Shown piece by piece: positions 39,678 to 53,149 of a stretch of DNA of 64,000 nt. The stretch covers positions 11,036,001 to 11,100,000 of the forward strand of contig OX597816.1 in assembly GCA_951406725.2 (NCBI GenBank), read 5' to 3'. Numbering within the stretch: position 1 is the stretch's first letter; each line of letters starts with the position of its first letter. Made by a program: the position numbers and the translations under genes. The notes under the pieces were generated by a model. It did not search any database, was not told the origin of the DNA, and saw only the letters and a list, made by a program, of their open reading frames with translations. This stretch comes from Octopus vulgaris. Lineage: Eukaryota.

Positions 39678-40249
39678 TATATATATCATCATCATCATCA
39701 TCCAGTGTTTTAAATCCAGGTTTTGTCTCTGTTAACGGAGGTTGCCGGATCTACCTCAATGCCATAGCAACTGAGGTAGGTAGATGCAGTCCACTCCAAT
39801 GTTTAGGCTGGCTGGTACCCGTTCTCCTTTGCTATTGTAAGGCTTTTTTGGAGTTGGATTTTCTACAGGGATCATGCCCTTGCTTACCCCCAACCTCAGT
39901 TTCTAGACATGAGTGATCCTGTGACCAAGGCCTCTACCATGATTTTTAAGAAATGTGGTGGAAAACTAGCTCAGGAAGGCAGGGATGCTACTCCCTGAAA
40001 CTCCTTTCAGAACCCCACTACCAGATCTCTCTCTATATATATACAAACACACACATATATATGTATATGCATATAGGTTTGTAAGGTACACACATACACA
40101 CTTTATTCTTCACATACAAATATATATTATATACACATATATACATGTGTGTGAGAATGAGTAGTGAGCAATTAATACAAATATATGCACTAACCCATAA
40201 GGATGAATATATATATATAAATATAAATATAATACAATAAATGTTCCTT

Positions 40250-40475
40250 CTCAAGCCATGCTAGGCTCATAAGGGCCAGTTTTCCAGTTTCAGTGGCGTA
40301 GAAATTTCCCACCTGGATGGGACGCCAGTCTGTCGCAGGATTACTCATTTTTGCCAACTGAGTGGACTGGAGCAACATGAAATGAAATGCTTTGCTCAAT
40401 AACACAACACATCACCCAGTCCAGGAATTGAACCCACAACCTTACGATCATGAGTTCAACACTCTAACCACTAAT
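40250..40475 (-). mobile_element. tRNA-derived SINE
   Basis: Minus strand TAGTGGTTAGAG...GGGTTCAATTCC...CCACTCAGTTGGCAAAAATGAG. Confidence 0.75.
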
Positions 40476-40489
40476 ACCTAGAATATGAT

Positions 40490-41085
40490 GGGTTTAGTTC
40501 AATGGTGATCTAAAGAAATAGGTATGCTGTGTAAGTGTTATAATTGGTCATCCGTTAAGTTCCAAGTCCACAGCTGAGGCTAGAGCTAGGGATCCGTATT
40601 AGGCTTCCATGTTAGAGTAAAAGGACAACAAAAACCAAATCAGGATGAGTATCTCGAATCATTTATAGTAATTTAATTAGTGTAATATACTAGCTAACCA
40701 CTTCAGCATGAATGCATAATTCAAATTACTGCCTGTATTTATCTGGGATTATACCTAGGGGCCTATACCTTCATGGAAGTAGAGACCAACCTCCATACCC
40801 TCTGGAGAAAGATGAACGATGAACTTTAGTCTCGTGTCTGTATTCTTCTATCTACTTTTAATCTTTATTCTTCTATTTTATTCCTTAGAATCTGTGAATT
40901 TCTCTGTCTAGAACTTTCATACATAATCACCTTGTCTCTGATGATGGAATAGCCAGTGTACAGGTATGCTAGCCTATCACTTGCGATATCCCAGAAACAG
41001 CTGTAAGACTTCAAATTCACCTTAACCTAATTAAATTATTCTAAATTAGGAGATACTTGTCCTACCTTGGTTTTTGTTTCCTTTT
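40490..41085 (+). mobile_element. PLE pLTR with inverted partial copy (same family as 62438-62727)
   Basis: Inverted arms ~40630-40680 / 41025-41076; contains a hammerhead. Confidence 0.7.
40934..41009 (+). ncRNA. Type I hammerhead ribozyme, PLE minimal type
   Basis: GTCT-CTGATGA-TGGAATA...TATCCCA-GAAA-CAGCTG-TA-AGAC; intact core, palindromic stem III. Confidence 0.75.
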
Positions 41086-41573
41086 CTTCCAACATCATCA
41101 TCATCATCATCATCGTTTAACATCCATTTTCCAGGCTAGCATGGGTTGGACGAACATATATATATAAATTAGAAAAAAAACACCTTTTATCAATTCAATA
41201 ATGAAAAATTAAATTATACCACCTAAAAAATTACATATTATAGAAAGATTAAATATAAGATAAAACATATAACGATGATTAAGTAATGTACAAAATTTCA
41301 TTATTGAATTGATAAAAGGTGTTTTTTTTCTAATTTATATATTTATATATATACATATATTATATTTTGTGAAATTTGATTTAGTATTTCTAAATTGAAT
41401 TTTTTCCCTGTAAGTTTGGAATAATATTCCCTCATATTATTATTATTATTATACTTATTATTATTATTGTTATTATTATATATATATATAATGGAAAAAT
41501 TCTCGAATTTGATGGACATATAATGGCAAGCAAGTCAACACAAAAATTTGTAGTGCAATTTTTTTTTATTGAT

Positions 41574-41618
41574 GTACCCGAAGAGACCCAGAATGATGAG
41601 TTGAAACATGTGTTGTAC
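41574..41618 (+). ncRNA. Decayed hammerhead motif
   Basis: GTAC-CCGAAGA-stem II-GAAA-CATGTG-TT-GTAC, followed by AATAAA. Confidence 0.55.
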
Positions 41619-41662
41619 TTAATAAAAGTCTAATACACATTCCATCTCCTACTTTATAAATA

Positions 41663-41704
<42 letters not shown>

Positions 41705-41705
41705 T

Positions 41706-41739
<34 letters not shown>

Positions 41740-42194
41740 CACAAATGTGTATGTATATGTATGCAGACACACACTTATGTGTTCCTGTTAGATATGTGTG
41801 TAAGTATGTATATGTATGTACAAAAAGATTTGATATGTAGAGATTTTGTATGGATAGGTAGAATTTATCAGATGCTGTAGGTTAGAAATGTACTTGTAGA
41901 ATGTAAATTTACGTTCCTTAAATAGTTAAGTTTAGACGTGAATAGAATATTAAGAAACGAAATTGTAATGATTGATAACGCTGTTGGTTATGTAGAAACT
42001 ATTAACGTAAGGAATATTTTATATACATACAAACATACATACATAGACACACACATATGTATATATATATATATATATAGTTTATAGATTATAATCTCTG
42101 TATAGAATATTCTTCCTCGAGCTTAAGAGATTTAAACTTGAAGTAAATATTAGTATAAGCAAATACTCACACACAAACAAACATATATATATTT

Positions 42195-42555
42195 CAATTT
42201 ATAATGAAAGGTGCAACTTGTAGCACCAGCGTGCTAGAAATAACAGTGAAAACGATTCAAAACAAATAGTTTCCACTTGTACTCAAGGGTGAAATCGGAT
42301 GTGAATCAGGCATGGTTTTGGCCCTGGGTCAGTATTACTCACTGACGAAAACAAAGAGATCATTCACAAAGCTTGAAATCACTGTGTTATGGGTATGTCT
42401 GATTTTCATTTTCGTTTGTTTTTGTCTATGGTAAGGGGTCTTAAAATTTTTTCTGCTCATTCCCCCAATTTTGCCCTTGTGTGGTTTTGAGTCGTTTTGA
42501 CTGCTATTTTTAGCATGCTGGTGCTACAAGTAGCACCCTTCATTATTAATTGATA
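42195..42555. mobile_element. PLE-type fold-back
   Basis: Inverted arms ~42196-42263 / 42484-42553. Confidence 0.65.
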
Positions 42556-42957
42556 ATTTTGCCCTTATGGTTCTTTTATGCATGCTAGCCACTGATATTA
42601 TTTTACCATTCCACCTTCACTGGTGGAACGGTAACACATATCAGTGGACTATGGACCCATTTTTGAACACCAAGTCACTAGTTTTTCTCACCAGTAGAGT
42701 TGAAAGGGTCAGAATTTAGGCTATTTTTAGAATAATAACACCATGTCTATGAAAAACTTTGGTTGGACATGTATTTTGTTCAACTGGAGTTTGAAAAGCA
42801 GTTAATTGTAAGTTGATGAAGAAGCAGTAATTCTTTTCCCCCAAAATTTTTGGGGAAGGGGTCACTCGATTAGATTGACCCCAGTACGCAACTGGTACTT
42901 AATTTACAACTGTGGCGAGTTGTAAATTGTAAAACATAACTGTCACCACTACTACAT

Positions 42958-43000
42958 GAACCTGAAGATTGGATAGTTTAATACATGAAAGTACTAGTTC
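42958..43000 (+). ncRNA. Minimal hammerhead ribozyme
   Basis: GAAC-CTGAAGA-weakened stem II-GAAA-GTAC-TA-GTTC. Confidence 0.7.
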
Positions 43001-43059
43001 AATCAGAATGGACATTTAATATTCTATCATTTAATTATATTATATTATATTATTTTTGG

Positions 43060-43205
43060 GGCCTATGACACTCCTTGGACCCTAAGTAAGTCATGTGTAA
43101 AATTTGAATGAAATCGGTTGCATAGCTCTTGAGTTTTAGAGATACATGAATACTGACACACAGGCAGACAGACAGAAAGACAGACACACATTCTCAGTTT
43201 TATAT
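43060..43205 (-). mobile_element. Helitron-like 5' fragment
   Basis: TATATAAAACTGAGAATGTGTGTCTGTC...AACCGATTTCATTCAAATTTTACAC. Confidence 0.5.
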
Positions 43206-43208
43206 ATA

Positions 43209-43304
<96 letters not shown>

Positions 43305-43704
43305 TTAGGGAATAAATTATTATTCCAACCTTACAGGTAAAATTCAGTATAATATTAGACCGAATTTCATATATATATATGTATATATATATATAATATG
43401 TATATAAACAATTTAGAGACAAACCTCCACTCCACAACTCAGTCAATGAAGAACCCGTCAAAAGCCATGCTGTGAGACATATATCATACAAAATACTAAT
43501 CTAAAATTTTAGTAATATATAATATTGAACAGTAAGGTTATTACAATCATATAATTTATAAGAGCAAATACTTTTAAAATCACTGCGAATACCATACAAA
43601 GAAATATTAATCATAAAAATATTAATCTAAAATCAAATAAAGCATAAATTGAACAATAAAAATTAATACAATAATAAAATGTATAAAAGTAAGTTCTTGT
43701 ACAT

Positions 43705-43879
43705 CGCTACGCATGTTTCATTGCTGCATTAGGACTATATAAAATCATATAAGAAAACCATATCCAAGTTCATTAGAACGGAAAAATGATTTTACTCTCA
43801 AAAGCAGTCACTCCTCAGGTCAAATTCGTAAAAAACCTAAAAACTAGGAATTTGACCTGAGGAGTGACTGCTTTTGAGA
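43705..43879 (-). ncRNA. Decayed hammerhead with long stem II, partly duplicated in inverted orientation
   Basis: GAC-CTGAGGA-GTGACTGC...GCAGCAAT-GAAA-CATGCG-TA; perfect 32-bp inverted repeat 43796-43827 / 43848-43879. Confidence 0.55.
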
Positions 43880-44226
43880 AACTTTTTTCCAAGGAATCTA
43901 ATGCTCTTAGCTTAGTTTCTCCTAGGGGCTGGCCAGATTGGAGAAATCTCAAGATTAATCAGCCAAAATTACGAGGATTGACTGCAGACTAAAGGCTTCG
44001 AATGATCAGTCTGTGTTTTTTGTATCGTCTATCTGGATGTTTTGCATTCTTGTCCCATTTTGTATTTTTATATACATATATATACATATATGATGGGCTT
44101 AAGGCTTTGGTCAATCTGAGACTATAGCAGGTGATACCTGCCCAAGGTCCCATGCAGTGGGACTGAACTTGGAGCCATGTGGTTATTAAGCAAGCTTCTT
44201 AGTATATAGCCATTCCTGCACCTGTG

Positions 44227-44324
<98 letters not shown>

Positions 44325-44415
44325 GTTGTGTGTTGGCTTACACTGTCAGTGTAGCCAACATACTATGGGTAACAACCAGATGCTAAGCAAAACTCAGTAC
44401 ATGTATTTACAACAG

Positions 44416-44520
44416 ACACCTGATGAGACACAGCCTGTTTTAATGGATGCAACACAACCAGATGTTTTGTAGCCCACCCACAAGGGACAGGTGCAGGATG
44501 TGTCAAAATGATCATTGTGT
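44416..44520 (+). ncRNA. Decayed hammerhead motif
   Basis: ACAC-CTGATGA-GACACAGCCTG...CAGGATGTGTC-AAAA-TGATCA-TT-GTGT, followed by AATAAA. Confidence 0.6.
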
Positions 44521-44693
44521 TGAATAAAGACCCTTGCTAAATCCATTTTCCATTTTGCTCATTCATTATAGCCTCAACAAACTCTGTGAAATTCCTGATG
44601 ATATTTATTTCGCAACTGTGGATGACATCAGATAGCCTAAACAGTGAAAGTGCTCCAATAGGCACTAGAAATATACCCAAAGTCCAAATAATT

Positions 44694-44719
<26 letters not shown>

Positions 44720-44724
<5 letters not shown>

Positions 44725-45710
44725 TATGTATACACATTTCTAAATACATATATATATATATATTTACACATATGCACACACATTATATATAAACACAGCA
44801 CACACATATCTAAATACATATATATATTTACACATATGCACACACATTATATATAAACACCATACACACATACGTATACACGTATCTAAATACATATATA
44901 TATATTTACACATATGCACACACATTATATATAAACACCACACACACATTATATAAACACCATACACACATACGTATACACGTATCTAAATACATATATA
45001 TATATTTACACATATGAACACACATTATATATAAGCACCACACACACATACGTATACACTTATCTAAATACATATATATATATATTTACACATAAGCACA
45101 CACATTATATATAAACACCACACACACATATGTATACACGTATTTAAATACATATATATATATATATATATTTACACATATGCACACACATTATATATAA
45201 ACACCACACACACATTATATATAAACACCACACACACATACGTATACACATATATAAATACATATATATATATTTACACATATGCACATACATTATATAT
45301 AAACACCACACACACATACGTATACATGTATCTAAATACATATATATATATATTTACACATATGCACATACATTATATATAAACACCACACACACATACG
45401 TATACACGTATCTAAATACATATATATATATATTTACACATATGCACAAACATTATATAAACACCACACACACATATGTATACACGTATCTAAATACATA
45501 TATATATATATTTACACATATGCGCACACATTATATATAAACACCACACACACATATGTATACACATATCTAAACACATATGTATATATATATATTTACA
45601 CATATGCACACACATTATATATAAACACCACACACTCATACGTATACACGTATGTGAATACATATATATATTTACACATATGCACACACATATATAAACA
45701 CCACACACAC
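44720..45710. repeat. Minisatellite built from CA/TA runs
   Basis: Recurring unit ...TATCTAAATACATATATATATTTACACATATGCACACACATTATATATAAACACC... Confidence 0.9.
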
Positions 45711-46349
45711 ATACTCACACACATACTCACACACAAACACATACAAACACAAACACTCCCATACACACACACACATGCAATGCTCAAATATTTGTGAATG
45801 CATGTGTAAAATTACAATATATGATATGTGTGTCGTTTTATATATACTCATCTGAAAATCATGATTATATATTTATAAATTGCATATAATTTGTGGCTAT
45901 AAACTTCTGTTCTGATCTAGACTCATTTCCTTATTAAAAATAATATATAAAGATTTGGTCTTCAAAGTTGTTTAAAATCTATTTTATTTTTGGTTCAGCC
46001 AAAAGACTTATTTGCACATCATTGTAATACTTCAAGACAAATTTCTATTTTGGTGCAAAGAAAAAGTATATATGTATATACACTGACTGCTACAGGAAAT
46101 ATATTCTATTTTCATGCAAATATCTTCTTTGCTTGCTCATGTCACCGTTCTACTTATCAGCATTAGAAAATTGTTGTTTGCTTTTAATTATTTAGTGAGG
46201 TGGTAGGGAAGTGTCCATAACTCTCATCAGTTCCTCCAAGACTAACTGAAAGAATGGAGGAAGGTATTCTAAAACCAAATAACCTGATCTGAATATAATT
46301 CATGAGATGTATGGAGAACAGTTAGAATCTAAACAATAACATATCTATT

Positions 46350-47097
46350 GCCAGCGCCGCCTCGACTGGCTTCTGTGCCGGTGGCACATAAAAAGAACCA
46401 TCCGAACGTGGCCGATGCCAGCGCCGCCTCGACTAGCTCCAGTGCCAGTGGCACATAAAAAGCACCATCCGAACGTGGCCGATGCCAGCGCCGCATCGAC
46501 TGACTCCAGTGCCAGTGGCACATAAAAGCACCATCCGAACGTGGCCGATGCCAGCGCCGCCTCGACTAGCTCCAGTGCCAGTGGTACATAAAAAGCACCA
46601 TCCGAACGTGGCCGATGCCAGCGCCGCATCGACTGACTCCAGTGCCAGTGGCACATAAAAAGCACCATCCGAACGTGGCCGATGCCAGCGCCGCCTCGAC
46701 TAGCTCCAGTGCCAGTGGTTCATAAAAAGCACCATCCGAACGTGGCCGATGCCAGCGCCGCCTCGACTGGCTCCAGTGTCGGTGGCACATAAAAAGCACC
46801 AACCGATCGTGGCCGATGCCAGCGCCGCCTTGGCTGGCTTCCGTGCTGGTGGCACATTAAAAGCACCATCCAATCGTGGCTAATACTGGACTCCCCTAGC
46901 ACCTGTGCAGGTGGCACGTAAAAAGCACCTACTACACTCGCGGAGTGGTTGGCGTTAGGAAGGGCATCCAGCTGTAGAAACTCTGCCAGATCAGACTGGA
47001 GCCTGGTGCAGTCCCTGGCTTCCCAGACCCTGGTCGAACCGTCCAACCAATGCTAGCGTGGAAAATGGACATTAAACGATGATGATGATGATGATGA
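46350..47097 (+). mobile_element. Family C retroposon with 8 near-identical 66-67-bp tandem units plus one diverged unit
   Basis: Unit starts 46350, 46417, 46484, 46550, 46617, 46684, 46751, 46817. Confidence 0.9.
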
Positions 47098-47545
47098 TTC
47101 CATTTTAATATGTTCTGATGGATCAGCTGTTATTTTCCATCATCAGAGACACATCCTCTCTTCAGAGGATGTGTTTTCATAACAAACATGATTCACCAGT
47201 GTAAGGGGAGTTTGAGACATTGTAGTGTTTCAACCTTGTTATGTGTCTCCTCAGTTAAATCTAACCCACTAGACAGATGTATTTCACAAGAGATGGGAAT
47301 AAACTAATTTAAAAAATTTGGGGGCCACCACACACACACACACACACACACGAGATCAAAGTTTACGTATGCCGCTATATATATATAATACAAAATCGGA
47401 CAAGAATGCAAATCATCCAGGTAGACGATACAAATAAAACAAGTACAGGTCATTCGAAGTTTTTTTTCCTTAGTCAAGTACCAGATTATCGTTGCAATTT
47501 CGGCTGATTATACTTGAGATTGCTCCATATATATATATATATATA

Positions 47546-48518
47546 AGTGCAGCATGGCTGTGTGCTAAGAAGCTTCCTTCACAACCACATGGTTCCAGGT
47601 TCCGTCCCACTGTGTGGCACCTTGAGCAGGTGTCTTCTACTATAGTCACAGGTCAACCAAAGTCTTGTGAGTGGATTTCGTAGATGGAAACTGAAAGAAT
47701 CCCATCGTGTGTATATATATATATATATATATGTATTTGTGTGTCTGTGTTTGTCCCCCCACTACTGACAACCGATGTTGGTGTGTTTACATCCCCATAA
47801 CTTTGTGGTTCAGTAAAAGAGACCGATAGAATAAATACCAAGCTTACAAAGAATAAGTCCTGGAGTCGAATTGTTTGCCTAAAGGGCAGTGCTCCAGGAT
47901 GACCACAATCACATGACTGAAACAGGTAAAAATATTTAAAAAGTAATATATAATTCAAAATATAAACAATGATGAATCGTAAAATAAGTTTTTATTTTTC
48001 AAAATGAAGCAAAACCAGCAGCAAGATGGAAAATAATTAATTTACTCTTTTATTCATTTCAGTCAGTTGTCTGTGGCCATGCTGGAGCGCTGCCTTTCAT
48101 ATAATACTCTTTTACTCTTTTACTTGTTTCAGTCATTTGACTGCAGCCATACTGGAGCACCGCCTTTAATCGAGCAACTCGACCCCGGGACTTATTCTTT
48201 TGTAAGCCCAGTACTTATTCTATCGGTCTCTTTTGCCAAACTGCTAAGTAACAGGGACGTAAACACACCAGCATCGGTTGTCAAGCAATTCTAGGGGGAC
48301 AAAGACAGACACACAAACACACACATGCGTATATATATATATATATACATATATACGACAGGCTTCTTTCAGTTTCCGTCTACCAAATCCACTCACAAGG
48401 CTTTGGTTGGCCCGGGGCTATAGCAGAAGACACTTGCCCAAGAGGCCACGCAGTGGGACTGAACCCGCAACCATGTGGTTGGTTAGCAAGCTACTTACCA
48501 CACAGCCACTCCTGCGCC
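47546..48518. mobile_element. Family A SINEs, tail-to-tail (+ 47546-47930; - 48105-48518)
   Basis: Homology to other copies. Confidence 0.85.
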
Positions 48519-48698
48519 AAATATAATGTTGGTTTATATTTGAAAAGTTTTCTCCTAATTTTTTCATTGCAAAGTCTTAAATAAGATCATCACTTTCAAC
48601 CATGAACACTTTAAAATTATATTTCTGATCTCATAAACCACATCAAATACCATTTTAGCAAGTTTAAAGTGATTTCTTTTGCGCTATAAACCATTTAC

Positions 48699-48800
48699 CA
48701 TTTCCGTGATGCCTCCACCTTCCCTTGATGTCCTAAGCACGTGCTTCTTTTGTCTAATGGTTAATCCAGTGCCGGTGATCAGATATTTACACTCAGATCT
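48699..48800 (-). CDS. Candidate 102-nt exon (RSECKYLITGTGLTIRQKKHVLRTSREGGGITEM)
   Basis: tttctatcttaatgtgttcccag|...ATG|gtaaat; single open frame, phase 0 to 0; GC above the flanks. Confidence 0.35.
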
Positions 48801-49434
48801 CTGGGAACACATTAAGATAGAAACAGCTTATTACAATTTGAATTTTGAGTTTTATACCTTCCTTCTTTTCGAAGCATTTTTAATTATCTAATCCCCAATA
48901 GAACAAGGAAACATCTAGTATCCCATTGTTCCTGGATACAACGCTTTATATGCAACATTTTACTTCAATGCATAAGTTGTGTAGTACCAATAACTCAAAC
49001 ATCTTAACCCATGAGGCATAGCAGAAAGTCTTCATTAATTTAATGCAGCTCACATTGAAAGGAAATTTGAATTATGAATCAAACTTTCTATAGTTTCAGT
49101 TATGCAGAATTGTAATTTCTTATGAAGCCTTTGATGCTAGTTAGATGACAGTTAATAAATCAATTCACATGCTTTAATACCTATACACAAATACCTATAA
49201 AGACACAGACATGTGTACTAACGCACACTATATAAAGACACGTGTACATGCATATACGTACATATACATACACACATGTACATACATAAATAAGTACAAA
49301 CATACATATACGCATATTTAAATACTTCATATTATATATAATTTCATGTAATATATATATATATATATATATAAATATATATATATATAAAATGGTATAT
49401 ATCATAAATATCATACCTCCCCATACATACATAC

Positions 49435-49478
<44 letters not shown>

Positions 49479-49519
49479 GATATATATCATATAAATATCA
49501 TACATATAAATATATACCT

Positions 49520-49580
<61 letters not shown>

Positions 49581-49610
49581 ATGGTGTATATCATATAAAT
49601 ATCATACCTC

Positions 49611-49659
<49 letters not shown>

Positions 49660-50925
49660 AATACAAAGAGAATGAGGGAGAAAGAGTGAGGTGAGAGGTG
49701 CAATATGAACATGTATCTATATATATATATATATATATATACATGCATGTTAGGTATAATATGTATGCTTATAAAATATTTGAAGCTCGTAACACATCAG
49801 TGCCAGTAATTCACAAATTCACAGCGGATGTAATATTTATGATCATACAATATTCATTTCCGATATATGAAATAATTCTTATGAACATTCTCATATTAGT
49901 CAGCATCCATAGGCTTTACAAATGGAGATATTCCTTTCAAGTATTGTAGCAATCCCGAGAATGAGATTTTCATATCATTTTCTATTTGCCTTTACTAAAT
50001 AATACTGCATATCAAAATAGTATAGTCCACCTCCAACCGGGGAAGGAGTCTTTATGTGGTTCTTTACGCTGCAAGAAATAACAGCCAAATCCCCCTCGAT
50101 TTAATCCATATCATTTTTGAAGACTAAAAATGAAACAAGAGAAACGTATTCTGGATTTTGTGGTCTAAGATAAAATAGTATATCTTTGATCCTAAGTGTA
50201 CTTGAGCAGAAATACCTCAGGGCAAAAGAGCAGCCATGTTATGGCTAGCTTGAGACAAGGCAGTAGTTATTTCATTTTATTAAGTTTAATGAAGGCAGAA
50301 AGGTCAGTACCCATCAGAATTTTTAGAGCTAGTTCAGCCCTATGTCTTCTATGCTGCAGTTGTCTTTGTTTCAGCACACAATCTCAGATCAGGTCACTTG
50401 CTATGCAAGTACATTCCGTAATTATATAAGAAGTAATTTTGGGAAGGGAGAGATACAGAAAGTATAAAGGGAAATATGAAAATAAAAATACATGATATAT
50501 ATATATATATATATCATCATCATCATCATCAACATTTAGCATCTCCCTTCCATACTGGCATGGGTTAGATAGTTTGACTAGAACTAATAAGCCAGAGAGA
50601 TGTACCAGGTTCTGGTCTGATTTGGCATGGTTTCTATGGATGGATGTTGTTCCTAATTCCAACTACTCCAAGAGTGTAGTGGGTGTCTTTTACATGTCAC
50701 CAGCACCATTGCCTTTTTACGTGTCTCTGGTACCAGCCATGACCACCATTTCACCTGGCTTGATGAGTCTTCTCAAGTACAGCAAATCAGCAAAAGGCTC
50801 AATCACAAATTGCCAAAAGAGCTCAGCAAATCGCCAAATATATAGTTCCAGTTTTTATTCTAACACACACACACACACAGTGGACTATTTTGTATTCGCT
50901 TTTAATCATTTACTTTGCATTGATT

Positions 50926-51314
50926 ACTCTCTTTTACTTGTTTAAGTCATTTGACTGCGGCCATGCTGGAGCACCGCCTTTAGTCGAGCAAATCGACCCC
51001 GGGACTTATTCATTGTAAGCCCAGTACTTATTCTATCAGTCTCTTTTGCCGAACCGCTAAGTGACGGGGACGTAAACACACCAGCATCGGTTGTCAAGCA
51101 ATGCTAGGGGGACAAACACACACACATACACACATACACATATATATATATATACACGACGGGCTTCTTTCAGTTTCCGTCTACCAAATCCACTCACAAG
51201 GCATTGGTCGGCCCGGGGCTATAGCAGAAGACACTTGCCCAAGATGCCACACAGTGGGACTGAACCCGGAACCATGTGGTTGGTTAGCAAGCTACTTACC
51301 ACACAGCCACTCCT
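50926..51314 (-). mobile_element. Young family A SINE
   Basis: Near-identical to 57592-58022 and 58495-58878. Confidence 0.9.
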
Positions 51315-51614
51315 GATTGTTGAGAATTCAGTGGAAGATCGATTTTTACTACGTAGTTTATTGATAAAATTTTCATTGATAAAAATTCCATAAAACGTGA
51401 AATAAATCATTTCTAATGGTGGAACATGAAGCAGATAATGCTATAAATAATTGTGGTGAGGAATATTGGCTTAAGAACCCTACGGATGGCGAGTGTCAAA
51501 GGCTGCCTGTGGAATGTGAACCCACAACTTCTGTATGCATTTGATTTCTTCCATTCATGAGTATTTTAAACCCAATATTCTATTAATAACAATAAATGAT
51601 AAATGTCACCCTTT

Positions 51615-51910
51615 TCAAGCCTAGCCAGGTTCATGGGCCCGGTTTCCCGGTTTCTGTGGGGTATGTGTTCCCCCTAGCTGGACGGGACACCAGTCCATCG
51701 CAGCGTTACTCAAGAAACAGGAAGAGAGAATGAGAGAAAGTTGTGGTGAAAGAGTACAACAGGGGTCGCCACCACCCCCTGTCGGAGCCTCGTGGAGCTC
51801 TTACGTGTTTCTGCTCAATAGATACACACAACACCCACTCTGGAAATTGAAACTGCGATCCTCCGACCACAAGTCCGCTGCCCTAACCACTGGGCCATTG
51901 CACCTCCACA
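51615..51910 (-). mobile_element. tRNA-derived SINE
   Basis: Head shared with 2900-3265; tail resembles 40250-40340. Confidence 0.75.
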
Positions 51911-52028
51911 TTCTATTAATAACCCTTGCTATAAATGACAGCTTCAATATGATAGACTGTAAATTGTGTGAATTGAAACGTTTAAATAGAAATCTCAGGA
52001 ATTTAGTCATTATTTTGCAGTTATTAAC

Positions 52029-52796
52029 CAGCGGTTCACAACCACGGTCCATTTGGCCACTGGGGTCCATATAAGATTTTGTTGTTGGAATTTATGTGCA
52101 ATAATTTTTTTTATACTTCAACAATACTGAAGATATATAAAAAAAATTTTATATACAATTCCTTAATATATATTTCTTTATTGCCCACAAGGGGCTAAAC
52201 ATAGAGGGGACAAACAAGGACAGACAAACAGATTACGTCGAGTACATCAACCCCAGTGCGTAACTGGTCCTTAAAGTTACCAGCGTCGCCTTACTGGCAC
52301 TTGTGCACGTGCTAGTAGGGTGCCAAGAGCACCATCCGAGCATGATCGTTGCCAGAGCGGCTAATTGGCTTCCATGCTGGTTGCGTGTAAAAGGCACCAT
52401 TCAAACGTGATCGTTACCAGCGTTGCCTTACTGGCACCTGTGCCGGTGGCATGTGTAAAAAGATTTGAGCGAGGTCGTTGCCAGTACCGCCTGACTGGCC
52501 CCCGTGCCGGTGGCACGTAAAAGCACCCACTACAGTCTCGGAGTGATTGGCGTTAGGAAGGGCATCCAGCTGTAGAAACTCTGCCAGATCAAGATTGGAA
52601 CCTGGTGCAGCCATCTGGTTCGCCAGCCCTCAGTCAAAATCATCCAACTCATGCTAGCATGGAAAGCGGACGTTAAACGATGATGATGAGGATAAAAATA
52701 TAAAAGGATTTTTTCAAACATGAAATGATTATGAGTGTCACATGAATAAAATAGAAATCAAACTAGTCCATACCTAAAAATGATTGAGAACCACTA
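52029..52796. mobile_element. hAT-like MITE with nested family B and C elements
   Basis: CAGCGGTTCACAACC ... GATTGAGAACCACTA termini; family C copy at 52277-52690. Confidence 0.6.
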
Positions 52797-53149
52797 TGAT
52801 AACCTATTGATTTTCTATAGAATACAGAGCCAGTACTGTAAGTTACAACGTTCAATATATATGAATATGTTTATATAAACAATATGATCAAAGGTAGAAT
52901 AAATAGGTGATGGGTGTATATGCATATTTCAAGTGTTATTGCTATCTTATCAGCACCACATCCAACCCAACAACCAGCCATTAAAAGCATTGCTTTAACA
53001 CTCACTAAGTTTAGCAGTGTAACACTTTTGGATGGACTAATTTACATATTAAACACATTTCTGGCAGCAGCAATATCTATGCTCTGTGTTCTGAAGCCAT
53101 TGCTTTCAAAACTGATAGAGACCAAATATATTTATACCCACCACAGACA

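Noticed and set aside
46196-46263. Plus-strand exon-like segment
   Set aside because: Stops in all three frames and no partner exons on that strand
46350-46930. CRISPR-like regularly spaced repeat
   Set aside because: The intervening segments are copies of each other, there are no cas genes, and the array is continuous with a retroposon body in eukaryotic DNA
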